Source of the DNA: Planctomycetota bacterium | GTDB taxonomy: Bacteria > Planctomycetota > UBA1135 > UBA2386 | Direction of reading: 5' to 3' | Assembly: GCA_020849665.1 (NCBI GenBank) | Contig: JADLFX010000020.1 | Span: 1 to 53,579 of the forward strand | Length of the DNA stretch: 53,579 nucleotides | Shown: in pieces, positions 37,447 through 47,104 of the stretch | Layout of the letters: the number at the start of each line of letters is the position of its first letter | Position numbering within the stretch: the first letter of the stretch is position 1 | Translations under genes and position numbers: made by a program | The notes under the pieces: model-generated | Seen by the model: only the letters and a program-made list of their open reading frames with translations | Told to the model about the DNA's origin: nothing | Database searches by the model: none

Positions 37447-38958
37447 TCAGAACTGGCGGTAGAGGAAGGTGCTCGCCCCCACTGGAACGACCACGGTCAG
37501 GGCGACGAGGGCCAGCCCCACCAGCACGCCCCGCACCGGCGCCGGCAGCTGGGTGATGCGCGTCCACAGCCCGCGGCAGGCGTCGAGTGCCACGAGGTGA
37601 TGGACGATCGGCAGGGCGAGGGCGAGCCCGAGGAACGTGGCCTGGGTCAGACCGTGCACCGGCACGCGCTGAGCGCCGGTACCGACGAAGCCGCCCAGGA
37701 ACGCGGCCGCGTCGCCGAGCGATGCCGCACGGAACGGGATCAGGGTCGACACGAAGAAGAGCTGGGTCAGGGCCCAGGCGGCGACCTGGTAGCCGCGACT
37801 CTTGCGGCGCTGGACCCAGACGCGGTCGCGACGGCAGAGGCCGCGGTACTGCTCGTCGAACGTGGCCTGCACGGTCATGCCCACGCCGTGCAGGAATCCC
37901 CAGAGCACGTAGCCGGTCATGGCCCCGGAGGCCGAGGCGTGCCACACCCCGGAGAGCACGAACACCAGGAGGAAGCCGGTGCGGATCCGGCCGCGCATCA
38001 GGCCGTGCCCGGCCGTGAGCGGCGTGAAGATGAAGTCGAAGAGCCAGCGGTTGAGCGTGATGTGCCAGCGGCGCCAGAACTCGGGCAGATTGCGGCTCAG
38101 GAACGGCACCGAGAAGTTCTCCGGCAGCTGGATGCCGAAGAGCCGGCCGGCGCCGATCGCCATCAGCGAGTAGCCGGCGAAGTCGGCGTAGATCTGCAGG
38201 GCGTTGGCGAACATGGCCAGGACGTGATCCGCCGGCGCGAACGTCCCTGGCGCGGCGAACACCGGATCCACCACCATGCGCCCGATGGTGTCGGCGGCGA
38301 ACGCCTTGAGCGCGAACCCGAGGAGCAGCTCGCCGGCACCGGTGCGGATGGCGGCGAAGTCGAGGCGCCGTGCCTGCGCGAGCTGCGGGAGCAGCTGGGC
38401 CGCACGCGAGATCGGCCCGGCGGTGAGCTGGGGGAAGAACGCCACGAAGAGCGCGAAGCGCAGCGGGTCGCGGCAGGCCGGCTCCCGGCCGTAGTACACG
38501 TCCACCGTGTAGCCGAGGCGCTGCAGCATCTGGAACGAGATGCCGAGCGGCAGGATCACGTGCAGCGGGCCGGTGGACGGCACGAAACCGAGCGTGCGCA
38601 GCAGGTCGGCGAACGGCTCCACGAAGAAACCCGCGTACTTGCAGAACGCGAGTCCGCCGATTCCCGCGCCCAGGGAGACCAGGAGCCAGGCGAGCCGGAC
38701 GCGCCGCGCGGCCCGCGCCTGCGGCGTCGTGTCCTCGGCCGCGGGGCGCGGCGTCGCCGCGAGGCGCAGGCCGACCCACCAGTCGAGCAGGGCGGTGACG
38801 AAGAGCAGCCACAGGAGGCGCGGATGCCAGCTGGCGTAGAACAGCGCGCTCGCCAGCAGCAGGAACCCGTTCTGCAGCCAGGCACGGCGCGGCAGGAGCC
38901 AGTGCAGGATCAGCACCAGCGGCAGGAAGAAGGCGAACTCGACCTCGACCAGGCTCAC
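37447..38958 (-). CDS. MBOAT-family membrane-bound O-acyltransferase (DltB/AlgI/PatA-like).
   Basis: 503 aa, polytopic. WHITLNRWLFDFIFTPL...GVWHASASGAMTGYVLWGFLHG carries the conserved MBOAT His region. Confidence 0.85.
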   Translation of the reverse strand: MSLVEVEFAFFLPLVLILHWLLPRRAWLQNGFLLLASALFYASWHPRLLWLLFVTALLDWWVGLRLAATPRPAAEDTTPQARAARRVRLAWLLVSLGAGIGGLAFCKYAGFFVEPFADLLRTLGFVPSTGPLHVILPLGISFQMLQRLGYTVDVYYGREPACRDPLRFALFVAFFPQLTAGPISRAAQLLPQLAQARRLDFAAIRTGAGELLLGFALKAFAADTIGRMVVDPVFAAPGTFAPADHVLAMFANALQIYADFAGYSLMAIGAGRLFGIQLPENFSVPFLSRNLPEFWRRWHITLNRWLFDFIFTPLTAGHGLMRGRIRTGFLLVFVLSGVWHASASGAMTGYVLWGFLHGVGMTVQATFDEQYRGLCRRDRVWVQRRKSRGYQVAAWALTQLFFVSTLIPFRAASLGDAAAFLGGFVGTGAQRVPVHGLTQATFLGLALALPIVHHLVALDACRGLWTRITQLPAPVRGVLVGLALVALTVVVPVGASTFLYRQF

Positions 38959-39013
38959 GGGGCCGCCTCCTCGGACGCGCCGGGAGAGCGTGCGGAGGAG
39001 ATCCTGGCGGGTC

Positions 39014-40057
39014 TCATCGCACCCGCTCCGAGGACGCGCCGTTGCGCAGGAACGCCAGCGGGCCCGCCAGTCCCAGGCGCGCGAACTTCGCGTCGCCTTC
39101 GGCCGTGAGATGGTCGCAGTCGGCGCCGAAGTCGGTGTCCAGGATCGGCGCCCACTGCGAGAGATCGACGAGCCGCGCGCCGTGTTCGGCGGCCACTCCG
39201 GCGGCGAGCGCGTGGAACCGCTCGAGCGTCGCCACGCCTGCCTGCGTGCGTTTGGCCGGCATCGTGGGGTAGAGCACGATGGTGACCTCCACGCCGCGGG
39301 CGCGCATGGTCGAGAGGATCGAGCGCCAGGCCCGCATCTGCTCCGCGTGCCCGAGGCCCCGGATCGACTCCTCCAGGAGCTGCGTCGACGCCTCGAGGCG
39401 AGCCGCCACCGCCTCGGGCCGGAGTTCCGGCCGGATCCGGCCGACCAGCGCGGCGCGCACCGAGTCGATCAAGGTGTGGAAGCCGCGATCCTGCACCAGC
39501 GCGAAGTCGTGGAAGAGGCGGCGCCAGCGCTTCTGCAGGTAGTTGCGGTTGAACTGGTTGATGCCGACCCGCGCGACGTCGGCCAGGAAATGATCGAGGG
39601 TCCAGCCCAGGGCCGGCAGGTTCGCGCCGGGGTCGCCCTCGCCGTAGGGCAGCGAGTCCCACCACTCGGTGACCAGCACGAAGTGCTGCAGGCGGGTGCG
39701 CTGGCGCCGCCCCGACGCGTCGGTCGCGTCCAGGACGGGCAGGATCCGGTTCTGGAGGATCCACTCGTAGACCGAGAGCTTGCCGTGCTCGACCGCCACC
39801 GCGGCCAGGTGCCGCTCGCCGCCGGTGAGGCGCGCGAGCTCGTCCTTCACGGCCCAGAACGCGCGGCCATAGCTGGAGCCGAGCACCAGCACGTGTGGAT
39901 CGCTGGCCTGCAGGTCGGCCATGCCCTCCTGCACCTCGGGAAGGTGCTGGGGCGGAGCGACCGGGCGTACGGCGAGGTCGACGCCCCAGAACACCAGGGC
40001 GGCGACCAGGACGACGACGGCGAGATCGCGTCCCGGCCTGGGCTCGGATGGCGACAT
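39014..40057 (-). CDS. N-terminally membrane-anchored SGNH/DltD/AlgJ-like acyltransferase partner protein.
   Basis: Start trimmed to MSPSEPRPGRDLAVVVLVAALVFWGV (TM anchor). C-terminal DCDHLTAEGDAKFA resembles SGNH block V (DxxH). Sits immediately upstream of the MBOAT. Confidence 0.55.
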   Translation of the reverse strand: MSPSEPRPGRDLAVVVLVAALVFWGVDLAVRPVAPPQHLPEVQEGMADLQASDPHVLVLGSSYGRAFWAVKDELARLTGGERHLAAVAVEHGKLSVYEWILQNRILPVLDATDASGRRQRTRLQHFVLVTEWWDSLPYGEGDPGANLPALGWTLDHFLADVARVGINQFNRNYLQKRWRRLFHDFALVQDRGFHTLIDSVRAALVGRIRPELRPEAVAARLEASTQLLEESIRGLGHAEQMRAWRSILSTMRARGVEVTIVLYPTMPAKRTQAGVATLERFHALAAGVAAEHGARLVDLSQWAPILDTDFGADCDHLTAEGDAKFARLGLAGPLAFLRNGASSERVR

Positions 40058-40428
40058 GGACCTGTGCGGGTACTCGGGATCGGCAGGAGGGGTGGCGAAA
40101 GATACCCCATCGGGGTCCGCGGGCACGTCGCTGCGGGCGCAACGGCGCACCCCGCCCCGCCATCGTGCACTCCACCGCTCCACGGGAGCGCCCGAACCGG
40201 TGCTCCGGTGGAGCAGGGTGCGGCGTGCGGTGCGCGGCCGCGCACGGTGCCGCGGGCGACATCCACCGCTGGCGCGCAAGGGCCGCGCGCTCCACCCGGA
40301 GCCGCCCCGGCTCCGATCCTGCCGCTTGCGCGACCTCCGCGCGACCCGGCGACGCGGAACCGCCCGCGCCTCGCAACGCAGGGGGTGCGCCGGGATCATG
40401 GGCGCGCTCATCCCGCCATCCGCCGCCC

Positions 40429-41328
40429 ATGATCCATCGCAAGCTGCTCAAGGTCCTGCGCGTCCCTCCCGGCTCCAAGGTCGATCTCGACGACTTCGAC
40501 CCCGGCCTCGACATCCACCCCGAACTCAGGGCGATCGACAAGGACGACCTCAAGGCGCTGGCCTCCGAGAAGCTGCGCGAGAACGTCGCGGAACTGGCCG
40601 AGGCCCAGGAGCTGCTCTACGCGAGCGACACGTACTCGCTGCTCATCGTCCTCCAGGCCATGGATGCCGCGGGCAAGGACGGGACGATCAAGCACGTCAT
40701 GTCGGGCGTGAACCCGCAGGCCTGCCAGGTGTTCGCGTTCAAGAAGCCATCGGACGAGGAGCTCGATCACAACTTCCTGTGGCGCTACATGCGGGCGCTG
40801 CCCGAGCGGGGACGGATCGGCATCTTCAACCGCTCCTACTACGAGGACGTGCTGGTGGTGAAGGTCCATCCCGAGCTCCTCGACCGCCAGAAGCTCCCGC
40901 CCGGCAAGCGCGACAAGGCGTTCTGGGAGAAGCGCTACGACGACATCAACCGGTTCGAGCGCCACCTGGTGCGCAACGGCACGGTGATCCTCAAGTTCTT
41001 CCTGAACGTGTCGAAGGGCGAGCAGAAGCGCCGCTTCCTCGAACGCCTGGAGAACCCGGAGAAGCACTGGAAGTTCTCGGCCGCCGACCTCGCGGAGCGC
41101 GACCATTGGGACCAGTACCGGCGTGCCTTCGAGGACTGCTTCACCGCCACCAGCACCAAGTGGGCGCCCTGGCACATCATCCCGGCGGACTACAAGTGGG
41201 CGGCCCGCGCGCTGGTCTCGGGCGTGATCTCGCGCGCGATCCAGGACCTCGACCTGCGCTTCCCCGAGCTCACCCCGGAACGCAAGAAGGCGTTGGCGCA
41301 GGCCAGGCGCAAGCTGGCGGCGGAGTAA
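40429..41328 (+). CDS. ppk2: Polyphosphate kinase 2 (PPK2 family, polyphosphate:nucleotide phosphotransferase).
   Basis: Start trimmed to MIHRKLLKVLRVPPGSKVDLDDFDP. QAMDAAGKDGTI (Walker A-like) and FNRSYYEDVLVVKVH (PPK2 lid motif). 299 aa. Confidence 0.85.
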   Translation: MIHRKLLKVLRVPPGSKVDLDDFDPGLDIHPELRAIDKDDLKALASEKLRENVAELAEAQELLYASDTYSLLIVLQAMDAAGKDGTIKHVMSGVNPQACQVFAFKKPSDEELDHNFLWRYMRALPERGRIGIFNRSYYEDVLVVKVHPELLDRQKLPPGKRDKAFWEKRYDDINRFERHLVRNGTVILKFFLNVSKGEQKRRFLERLENPEKHWKFSAADLAERDHWDQYRRAFEDCFTATSTKWAPWHIIPADYKWAARALVSGVISRAIQDLDLRFPELTPERKKALAQARRKLAAE

Positions 41329-41418
41329 CGCAGGCCTCGGCTCCGGCCGGGACCGGCGCGCCATGCGCGCATGGGCGCGGATGCCTGCCGGGGAGCGGAC
41401 GGCTCCCCGGGCCCGGCA

Positions 41419-43608
41419 TCAGTGGATGAAGAGCATCTCGCGGTACTTCGGCAGCGGCCACAGGTCGTCGTCGACCAGCAGCTCCAGCGCGTCGCACGCC
41501 TGCCGCACCTGGCTCATCGCCGGGATCACCTGATCCCGGTAGAACGTGGCGTGGTCCTTGTGCGAGCCATGGTGCGTCTCGGCCTTGTCCGAGGCGGCCT
41601 GCAACGCCTCGATGGCGGTCAGGAGCTGGTTCACCCGGCCCGAGAGCGTGGCCAGCAGCTTCTCCTGCGCGCGCAGGTCGCTCACGCCGGCCTGCCGGGC
41701 GGCCGAGACACTGCTCGCGAGCCGCTCCTGGTGGTTCAGGGCCACCGGCAGCACATGCGTGGCCGCCAGCCCGATCAGGCTCTGTGCTTCGATCGCGATG
41801 GCCTTCACGTAGCCCTCGAACGCGATGTGCCCGCGCGACTCGACCTCCTTGCGGGTCAGCACGCCGAAGCGCTCGAAGAGCACCACGTGCTTCTCGGTGG
41901 CGTAGTGCGCCAGCGCGTCGACGGTGTTGCGCAGGTTGGGCAGGCCACGCCGCTCGGCCTCGGCGTGCCATTCCGCTGAGTAGCCGTTGCCGTTGAAGAT
42001 CACCCGCGCGTGCTTCTTGAGCGCGGTCTGCACCACGGTCTGCACCGCGGCGTCCAGACTCATCGTGCGCGCATGCTTCTCGATCTCGTCCGCCAGCCAC
42101 GCGACCGAATCGGCCACGATGGTGTTGAGCGCGATGTTGGGGTTGGCGATCGACTGGCTCGCCCCGACGGCGCGGAACTCGAACTTGTTGCCGGTGAACG
42201 CGAACGGCGACGTGCGATTCCGGTCCGTGGCGTCGCGCGGCAGAGGTGGCAGGGTGTTGACGCCCAGCGTCATCGTGGTCTTGCGCGCTCCCTCGCCGCG
42301 CGGCGTGCCGCTGATCAGGTTCTCCACCACCTCGGTGAGCTGATCGCCGAGGTAGATCGACAGGATCGCCGGCGGAGCCTCGTTGGCGCCCAGGCGGTGG
42401 TCATTGCCCGCGAAGGCGATCGAGGTGCGCAGCAGCTCGGGGAAGGTGTCCACCGCGCGGATCACCGCGGTGAGGAACACCATGAAGCGCAGGTTCTCGC
42501 CCGGCGTGCGCCCCGGCTCCAGCAGGTTCTCGCCGGTGTCGGTGGCCATCGACCAGTTGTTGTGCTTGCCCGAGCCGTTCACGCCCGCGTACGGCTTCTC
42601 GTGCAGCAGGCACACGAAGCCGTGCTTCTGTGCGACCTGGCGCAGCACCTCCATGGTGAGCATGTTGTGGTCCATGGCCACGGTGGTGCGCTCGAACACC
42701 GGCGCGAGTTCGTACTGCGACGGGGCCACCTCGTTGTGCCGGGTCTTGGCCGGCACGCCGAGCTTCCACAGCTCGCGCTCGCAGTCCTGCATGAACGCGA
42801 TCACGCGCGGGCTGATGGCGCCGAAGTAGTGGTCCTCCAGCTCCTGGCCCTTGGGCGGCCGCGCGCCGAGCAGCGTGCGCCCGCACGCGATCAGGTCCGG
42901 ACGCAGCTGATAGAAGCCGCGGTCGACCAGGAAGTACTCCTGTTCGGCCCCGAGCGTGGTGAACACGGAGCGCACCTCCTTCTCGCCCAGGATGTGCAGC
43001 AGGCGCACCGCCTGCTTGGACAGGGCCTCCATGCTGCGCAGCAGGGGCGTGCGCTTGTCCAGCGCCTCGCCGGTCCACGAGCAGAACGCCGTGGGAATGC
43101 ACAGGGTGGCCCCGTTCTGGGTCTCGCGGATGAAGGCGGGCGAGGTCGGGTCCCAGGCCGTGTAGCCGCGCGCCTCGAAGGTGGCGCGCAGCCCACCGGA
43201 GGGGAACGACGACGCGTCCGGCTCGCCCTTGACCAACTGCTTCCCGGAGAACTCCAGGAGCATCCGGCCATCCGCCATGTTGAGGAACGAATCGTGCTTC
43301 TCGGCCGTGAGCCCGGTCATCGGCAGGAACCAGTGCGTGAAGTGGGTCGCGCCGCGGCCCACCGCCCACTCCTTCATCGCGGTCGCCACCTGGTCGGCCA
43401 GGGTCGGATCCAGCTCCGTGCCGTGCTCCATGCACGAGCGCAGCGCCTTGTATGCGGACTCGGGCAGGCGGGCGCGCATCTCGGAGTCGCCGAACACGTT
43501 CATGCCGAAGAGCTCGTGGATGCGCTCCTGCTCGTAGGACGTGGCGGAACGGACCGGCTTCTTGCTCAGGATGGACTGGACCGCAGCACGGCGCGCACTG
43601 GCGGACAT
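41419..43608 (-). CDS. glnN: Glutamine synthetase type III.
   Basis: 729 aa, the length class of GSIII. N-terminal domain, catalytic region (...HEKPYAGVNGSGKHNNWS...) and the C-terminal GSIII extension. Confidence 0.85.
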   Translation of the reverse strand: MSASARRAAVQSILSKKPVRSATSYEQERIHELFGMNVFGDSEMRARLPESAYKALRSCMEHGTELDPTLADQVATAMKEWAVGRGATHFTHWFLPMTGLTAEKHDSFLNMADGRMLLEFSGKQLVKGEPDASSFPSGGLRATFEARGYTAWDPTSPAFIRETQNGATLCIPTAFCSWTGEALDKRTPLLRSMEALSKQAVRLLHILGEKEVRSVFTTLGAEQEYFLVDRGFYQLRPDLIACGRTLLGARPPKGQELEDHYFGAISPRVIAFMQDCERELWKLGVPAKTRHNEVAPSQYELAPVFERTTVAMDHNMLTMEVLRQVAQKHGFVCLLHEKPYAGVNGSGKHNNWSMATDTGENLLEPGRTPGENLRFMVFLTAVIRAVDTFPELLRTSIAFAGNDHRLGANEAPPAILSIYLGDQLTEVVENLISGTPRGEGARKTTMTLGVNTLPPLPRDATDRNRTSPFAFTGNKFEFRAVGASQSIANPNIALNTIVADSVAWLADEIEKHARTMSLDAAVQTVVQTALKKHARVIFNGNGYSAEWHAEAERRGLPNLRNTVDALAHYATEKHVVLFERFGVLTRKEVESRGHIAFEGYVKAIAIEAQSLIGLAATHVLPVALNHQERLASSVSAARQAGVSDLRAQEKLLATLSGRVNQLLTAIEALQAASDKAETHHGSHKDHATFYRDQVIPAMSQVRQACDALELLVDDDLWPLPKYREMLFIH

Positions 43609-43856
43609 CGAGGGGCTCCGAAGGGGAAGAAGGGGGAAGGACGGCTGGACCCCGCCGTCGGGGCGGCTTCGGGGGCGCCGTCATAGGGACGCGGCGCCGC
43701 AGGCACAAGTGCGCCATGCGACCGGTGGCGTGGGCGCGGCCGGAAGTGCGCGGGCTCGGGCGGGTAAGGGCGCCGCCGCCTGCCGGGCAGCCGCCGCAGC
43801 GGCTCCCGGGCGCGGTTCCATCCGGTGGCGGGCGCCGCGCGGCGGCCGCCGGCAAC

Positions 43857-44942
43857 TCAGACCGGCACCCGCTCCGCGCCACCCGCGGCCACGCACACGA
43901 GGGCCGGGCCGCCCAGGCGGGCCAGGAATCCATCGGCCGCCTGGCGCGTCGTGAGCGCGATCGCGCAGCCGCCGAATCCCGCACCCACCAGGCGCGCGCC
44001 CAGCGCGCCGGCGGCCTTGGCGCGCGCCACGAGCGCGTCGAGCTCGGGACAGCTCACGTCGTAGAGGTCGCGCAGTCCGGCGTGGCTCCGATCGAGGAGC
44101 GCGCCGAGCGCCGCGAGATCGCCGCGTCGCAGCGCCGCCTCGGCCTCGTCCACGCGCGCCGCCTCGTCGAACACGAAGCTCGCGCGCCGGCGCAGGAGCG
44201 GATCGGCCAGCACTCCGGCACGCGCCCGCCGATCCGCGCCCGGCACGTCGGCGAGCAGGCCGCCCGCCGGCGCGCCCAGCGCCTGCGCCGCCGCGAGGCA
44301 CTCGCGCACCCGGGCGTTGTAGCCGTCCTGTGCGGCACCGCCCTTGGGCGCCGGCACGCCCGAGTCGAGCACCACCACCACGAGCTCCTCGGGCATCGCG
44401 ATCGGGCGGGCGCGCAGCGGGCGGAACTCGATCCGCACGCAGTGCCCGGGACGGCCCAGGAGCGCGATCGCCTGGTCCATGCCGCCCGACAGGGTTCCGA
44501 CGTAGCGCTCGGCCAGCCGCGCCTCCTCGGCCAGGGCGAGGCGATCCCCCGCTTCGCCGAGCGCCAGGAAGGTGGCCACGACCAGCGCCGACGACGACGA
44601 GAGTCCGGCCGCCACCGGCACGGTGCTCGAGACCAGCAGCTCGACGCCCCGGACCGGGGGCCGGCAGCGCGCGGCCGCGACCACGTAGTCCACCCAGGTG
44701 CGGCGCGGCGGCCGCGTCGCCAGGGCTGCCAGGGGGATCTCCTCGGCGGGGAAGCGCCCGGGGTCGGCGTTGCACACGCGCAGCACGGGCGCGGCGAGCG
44801 GCGTCGCGCGTACCTCGGTGCGGCGGTCGATCGCCATGGGCAGCACCGCGAAGCCGTTGTAGTCGACGTGTTCGCCGATCAGATTGACGCGGCCCGGCGC
44901 GCGGCCGATCACCGCACGGAGCGGATGCGGGTTCAGGACCAA
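43857..44942 (-). CDS. galK: Galactokinase (GHMP kinase family).
   Basis: GRVNLIGEHVDYNGF galactokinase signature and the GHMP ATP motif (PVAAGLSSSSALVVA). Confidence 0.85.
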   Translation of the reverse strand: MVLNPHPLRAVIGRAPGRVNLIGEHVDYNGFAVLPMAIDRRTEVRATPLAAPVLRVCNADPGRFPAEEIPLAALATRPPRRTWVDYVVAAARCRPPVRGVELLVSSTVPVAAGLSSSSALVVATFLALGEAGDRLALAEEARLAERYVGTLSGGMDQAIALLGRPGHCVRIEFRPLRARPIAMPEELVVVVLDSGVPAPKGGAAQDGYNARVRECLAAAQALGAPAGGLLADVPGADRRARAGVLADPLLRRRASFVFDEAARVDEAEAALRRGDLAALGALLDRSHAGLRDLYDVSCPELDALVARAKAAGALGARLVGAGFGGCAIALTTRQAADGFLARLGGPALVCVAAGGAERVPV

Positions 44943-44954
44943 GCGCCGGCGATC

Positions 44955-45872
44955 CTAGCGCCCGACCGCCACGCCGGCGTCGCTGAGCACGATCTCGCGC
45001 AGCGCCACGACCAGCTCCTGCAGGCGCCGCCCCGCGGCGCCGGGGGCGGCGCTGCCGGCCACGGGCTGGGCGGCCATCACCACGTACACGGTGGCCGTGC
45101 CGTCGCGCTCGTACCAGCCCGCCACGACCCGCGTGATCGGATCGCTGTCGAGCGAGCCGCCCTTGGCGAAGTGCGCGCCGCGCACCGCGTCGTCCTCGAC
45201 CCGCAGCACGGCGCGCAGCGCCTGGACCGTGTCGTCGTCCACGCCCGGCAGCGCGCCGCGCGCGATCCGCCCGAGCACGGCGGCCAGGGACGCGGCGCTG
45301 GCCACGTTGTCGCCTTCCGCGCGTGGCGCCAGCATGGCGCGGCGCACGACGATCCCGGCGAAGCCGGGGTCGCGAGCGTGGATCGCCTGCGTCATCCCCG
45401 CCGGCCCGCCGAAGCGCTCCAGCACCGCGTTGGCAGCGGCATTGTAGGTGAGGTTGTCGACGCCCCTGGCCCGCACCATCCACACGCCGAGGGTGCGCAC
45501 CGAGGCCGCCGCGAGGCGCCTGCCCAGTGCGGCCAACCGCTCGGCGCCCAGCTGCGCGGCGAAGTGGCGGTTCCACTCGTTGGTGAGCGTCCCCGGCGCG
45601 AACGCGGGCTGATCCAGCCGCCCCGCGTGCGCGGCGAAGAGCTCCACCAGGAACGCGGTCTTGATCGCGCTGGCGGCGGACAGGGACTCGTTCGCGCGGC
45701 GGGCCACGCGGGCCCTGCCCTCGGCGTCGCCGATCCACATCGCCACGCGCACGGGCTCGCCGTGCGCGGCGATCCGCGCCTCCACCCGCGGGTCGGGCGC
45801 GGTGTCGGGCGCGGCCGCGCAACCGCCCAACACCGCGCACAGGAGCGGGATGCGCCAGGTCGAGCGGCTCAC
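44955..45872 (-). CDS. Lipoprotein with a class-A beta-lactamase-like serine hydrolase fold.
   Basis: GTG start overlapping the upstream TGA. Lipobox LLCAVLGGC. SAASAIKT (SxxK active-site motif). About 305 aa. The Arg-rich 5' extension of the ORF (44955-46988) was rejected. Confidence 0.6.
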   Translation of the reverse strand: MSRSTWRIPLLCAVLGGCAAAPDTAPDPRVEARIAAHGEPVRVAMWIGDAEGRARVARRANESLSAASAIKTAFLVELFAAHAGRLDQPAFAPGTLTNEWNRHFAAQLGAERLAALGRRLAAASVRTLGVWMVRARGVDNLTYNAAANAVLERFGGPAGMTQAIHARDPGFAGIVVRRAMLAPRAEGDNVASAASLAAVLGRIARGALPGVDDDTVQALRAVLRVEDDAVRGAHFAKGGSLDSDPITRVVAGWYERDGTATVYVVMAAQPVAGSAAPGAAGRRLQELVVALREIVLSDAGVAVGR

Positions 45873-47032
45873 GGCTGCACCGCCCAAGGCTGCGCCCCGG
45901 CCGCCAGCGCGTCGAGCTCGGCCAGCGTGAACCGCACGCTCACGACGTACGGCGCCTCGCCCGCGCGCCAGTGCCCGTAGCTGGTGGCCACCAGGGTCCC
46001 GTCCCCCAGCACCTCGACGCCCGGATAGCCGCAGTCCGTGCCGTGCAGATTGTCCATGAGCCGGACCCGGTACCGGCCCGCGCGACCCGCCACTAGGTCG
46101 TCGTAGGTCCCCACCCACGCCACCCAGTCCCCGCGCGTGGGCGAGCCCGGCGCCATGTCGCGGAAGCTCACCACCAGCCGGCCGTCCGGGGCATGGGCCG
46201 CCACGTGGCGGTCGCCTGCGAGCGCATGCGGCAGCGGCGTCGGCCCCCACCAGCTCCGGCCCTCGTCGTCGCTGCGCAGGAGCTGCGCCGCGCCACGCCG
46301 CGTGTTCTCGCGCAGCAGCATGGCGAGCTGGCGGCCGTCGGGCGAGCGCACCACGCCGGGCTCGCAGAGGTGCAGGTCGGCGCGCTGCAGGATCGGCTCG
46401 GGCGCCCCCCACGTCCGGCCGCCGTCGCGCGAGCGCGTCTGCAGGAGCGTGAACGCCGGCGGCCGGCGCCGCGCCGCGCGCGAGTACAGGAAGCGTCCAT
46501 CGTCGTGGAAGAACGCGAGGTAGTGTCCCGGCTCGCCCCGCACCGGGACGAGCGACGCCATCACCACGATGCCGCCCCACGTCCCTGCGGGGGCCAGCTC
46601 GCTCCACGTGCGGCCGTCGTCCTCGGAGAGGGCGTAGCGCGCCGGGTGCAGTCCCGACCAGAGCAGCAGGCGGCGCCGGCCGTGGGCGTCGACCACGCGG
46701 TGGATCGTGGGCGTCTCCAGGGAGGTCGCGAAGCTTGTGGGCAGCGGCAGGCGCTCGCTCCACGTGCGGCCGCCATCGGCGCTGCGCTTCATGACGATCG
46801 CGCCGCGCCCGTGCCCCTTGGGATACACGCACAGGAGCGTGCGTCCGTCCTCCAGCAGGACCGTGGTGGGATGGCCGAGGTACTGTCCAGATTCCCGGTC
46901 CACCACGGTCTGCCGGTGCGTGTGCGCCGCGAGATCGAGGGCCAGGAGCGGCGCGGCGCCGCCGGGCGTGCGAGGCGGGGCCGCGCATGCCGCCAGGAGA
47001 GCGGCCACCACGATCGGGGACCTGTGGGCCAT
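45869..47032 (-). CDS. BNR/Asp-box repeat exo-sialidase-like glycoside hydrolase; a lipoprotein.
   Basis: Signal/lipobox MAHRSPIVVAALLAACAAP. Four Asp-boxes: SADGGRTWS, SEDDGRTWS, SRDGGRTWG, SDDEGRSWW. Confidence 0.75.
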   Translation of the reverse strand: MAHRSPIVVAALLAACAAPPRTPGGAAPLLALDLAAHTHRQTVVDRESGQYLGHPTTVLLEDGRTLLCVYPKGHGRGAIVMKRSADGGRTWSERLPLPTSFATSLETPTIHRVVDAHGRRRLLLWSGLHPARYALSEDDGRTWSELAPAGTWGGIVVMASLVPVRGEPGHYLAFFHDDGRFLYSRAARRRPPAFTLLQTRSRDGGRTWGAPEPILQRADLHLCEPGVVRSPDGRQLAMLLRENTRRGAAQLLRSDDEGRSWWGPTPLPHALAGDRHVAAHAPDGRLVVSFRDMAPGSPTRGDWVAWVGTYDDLVAGRAGRYRVRLMDNLHGTDCGYPGVEVLGDGTLVATSYGHWRAGEAPYVVSVRFTLAELDALAAGAQPWAVQP

Positions 47033-47104
47033 CGCCCTAGCCTAGGACGCGAGCCGCGGGTTCCCGAGGCTCGAGGCGCTACACTCCCGCCCCCTCCGCC
47101 CGCG

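Noticed and set aside
43681-45840. A 719-aa minus-strand ORF and a 842-aa plus-strand ORF (43452-45980).
   Set aside because: Off-frame or antisense to galK and the beta-lactamase-like gene. Repetitive Arg/Gly/Ala composition.
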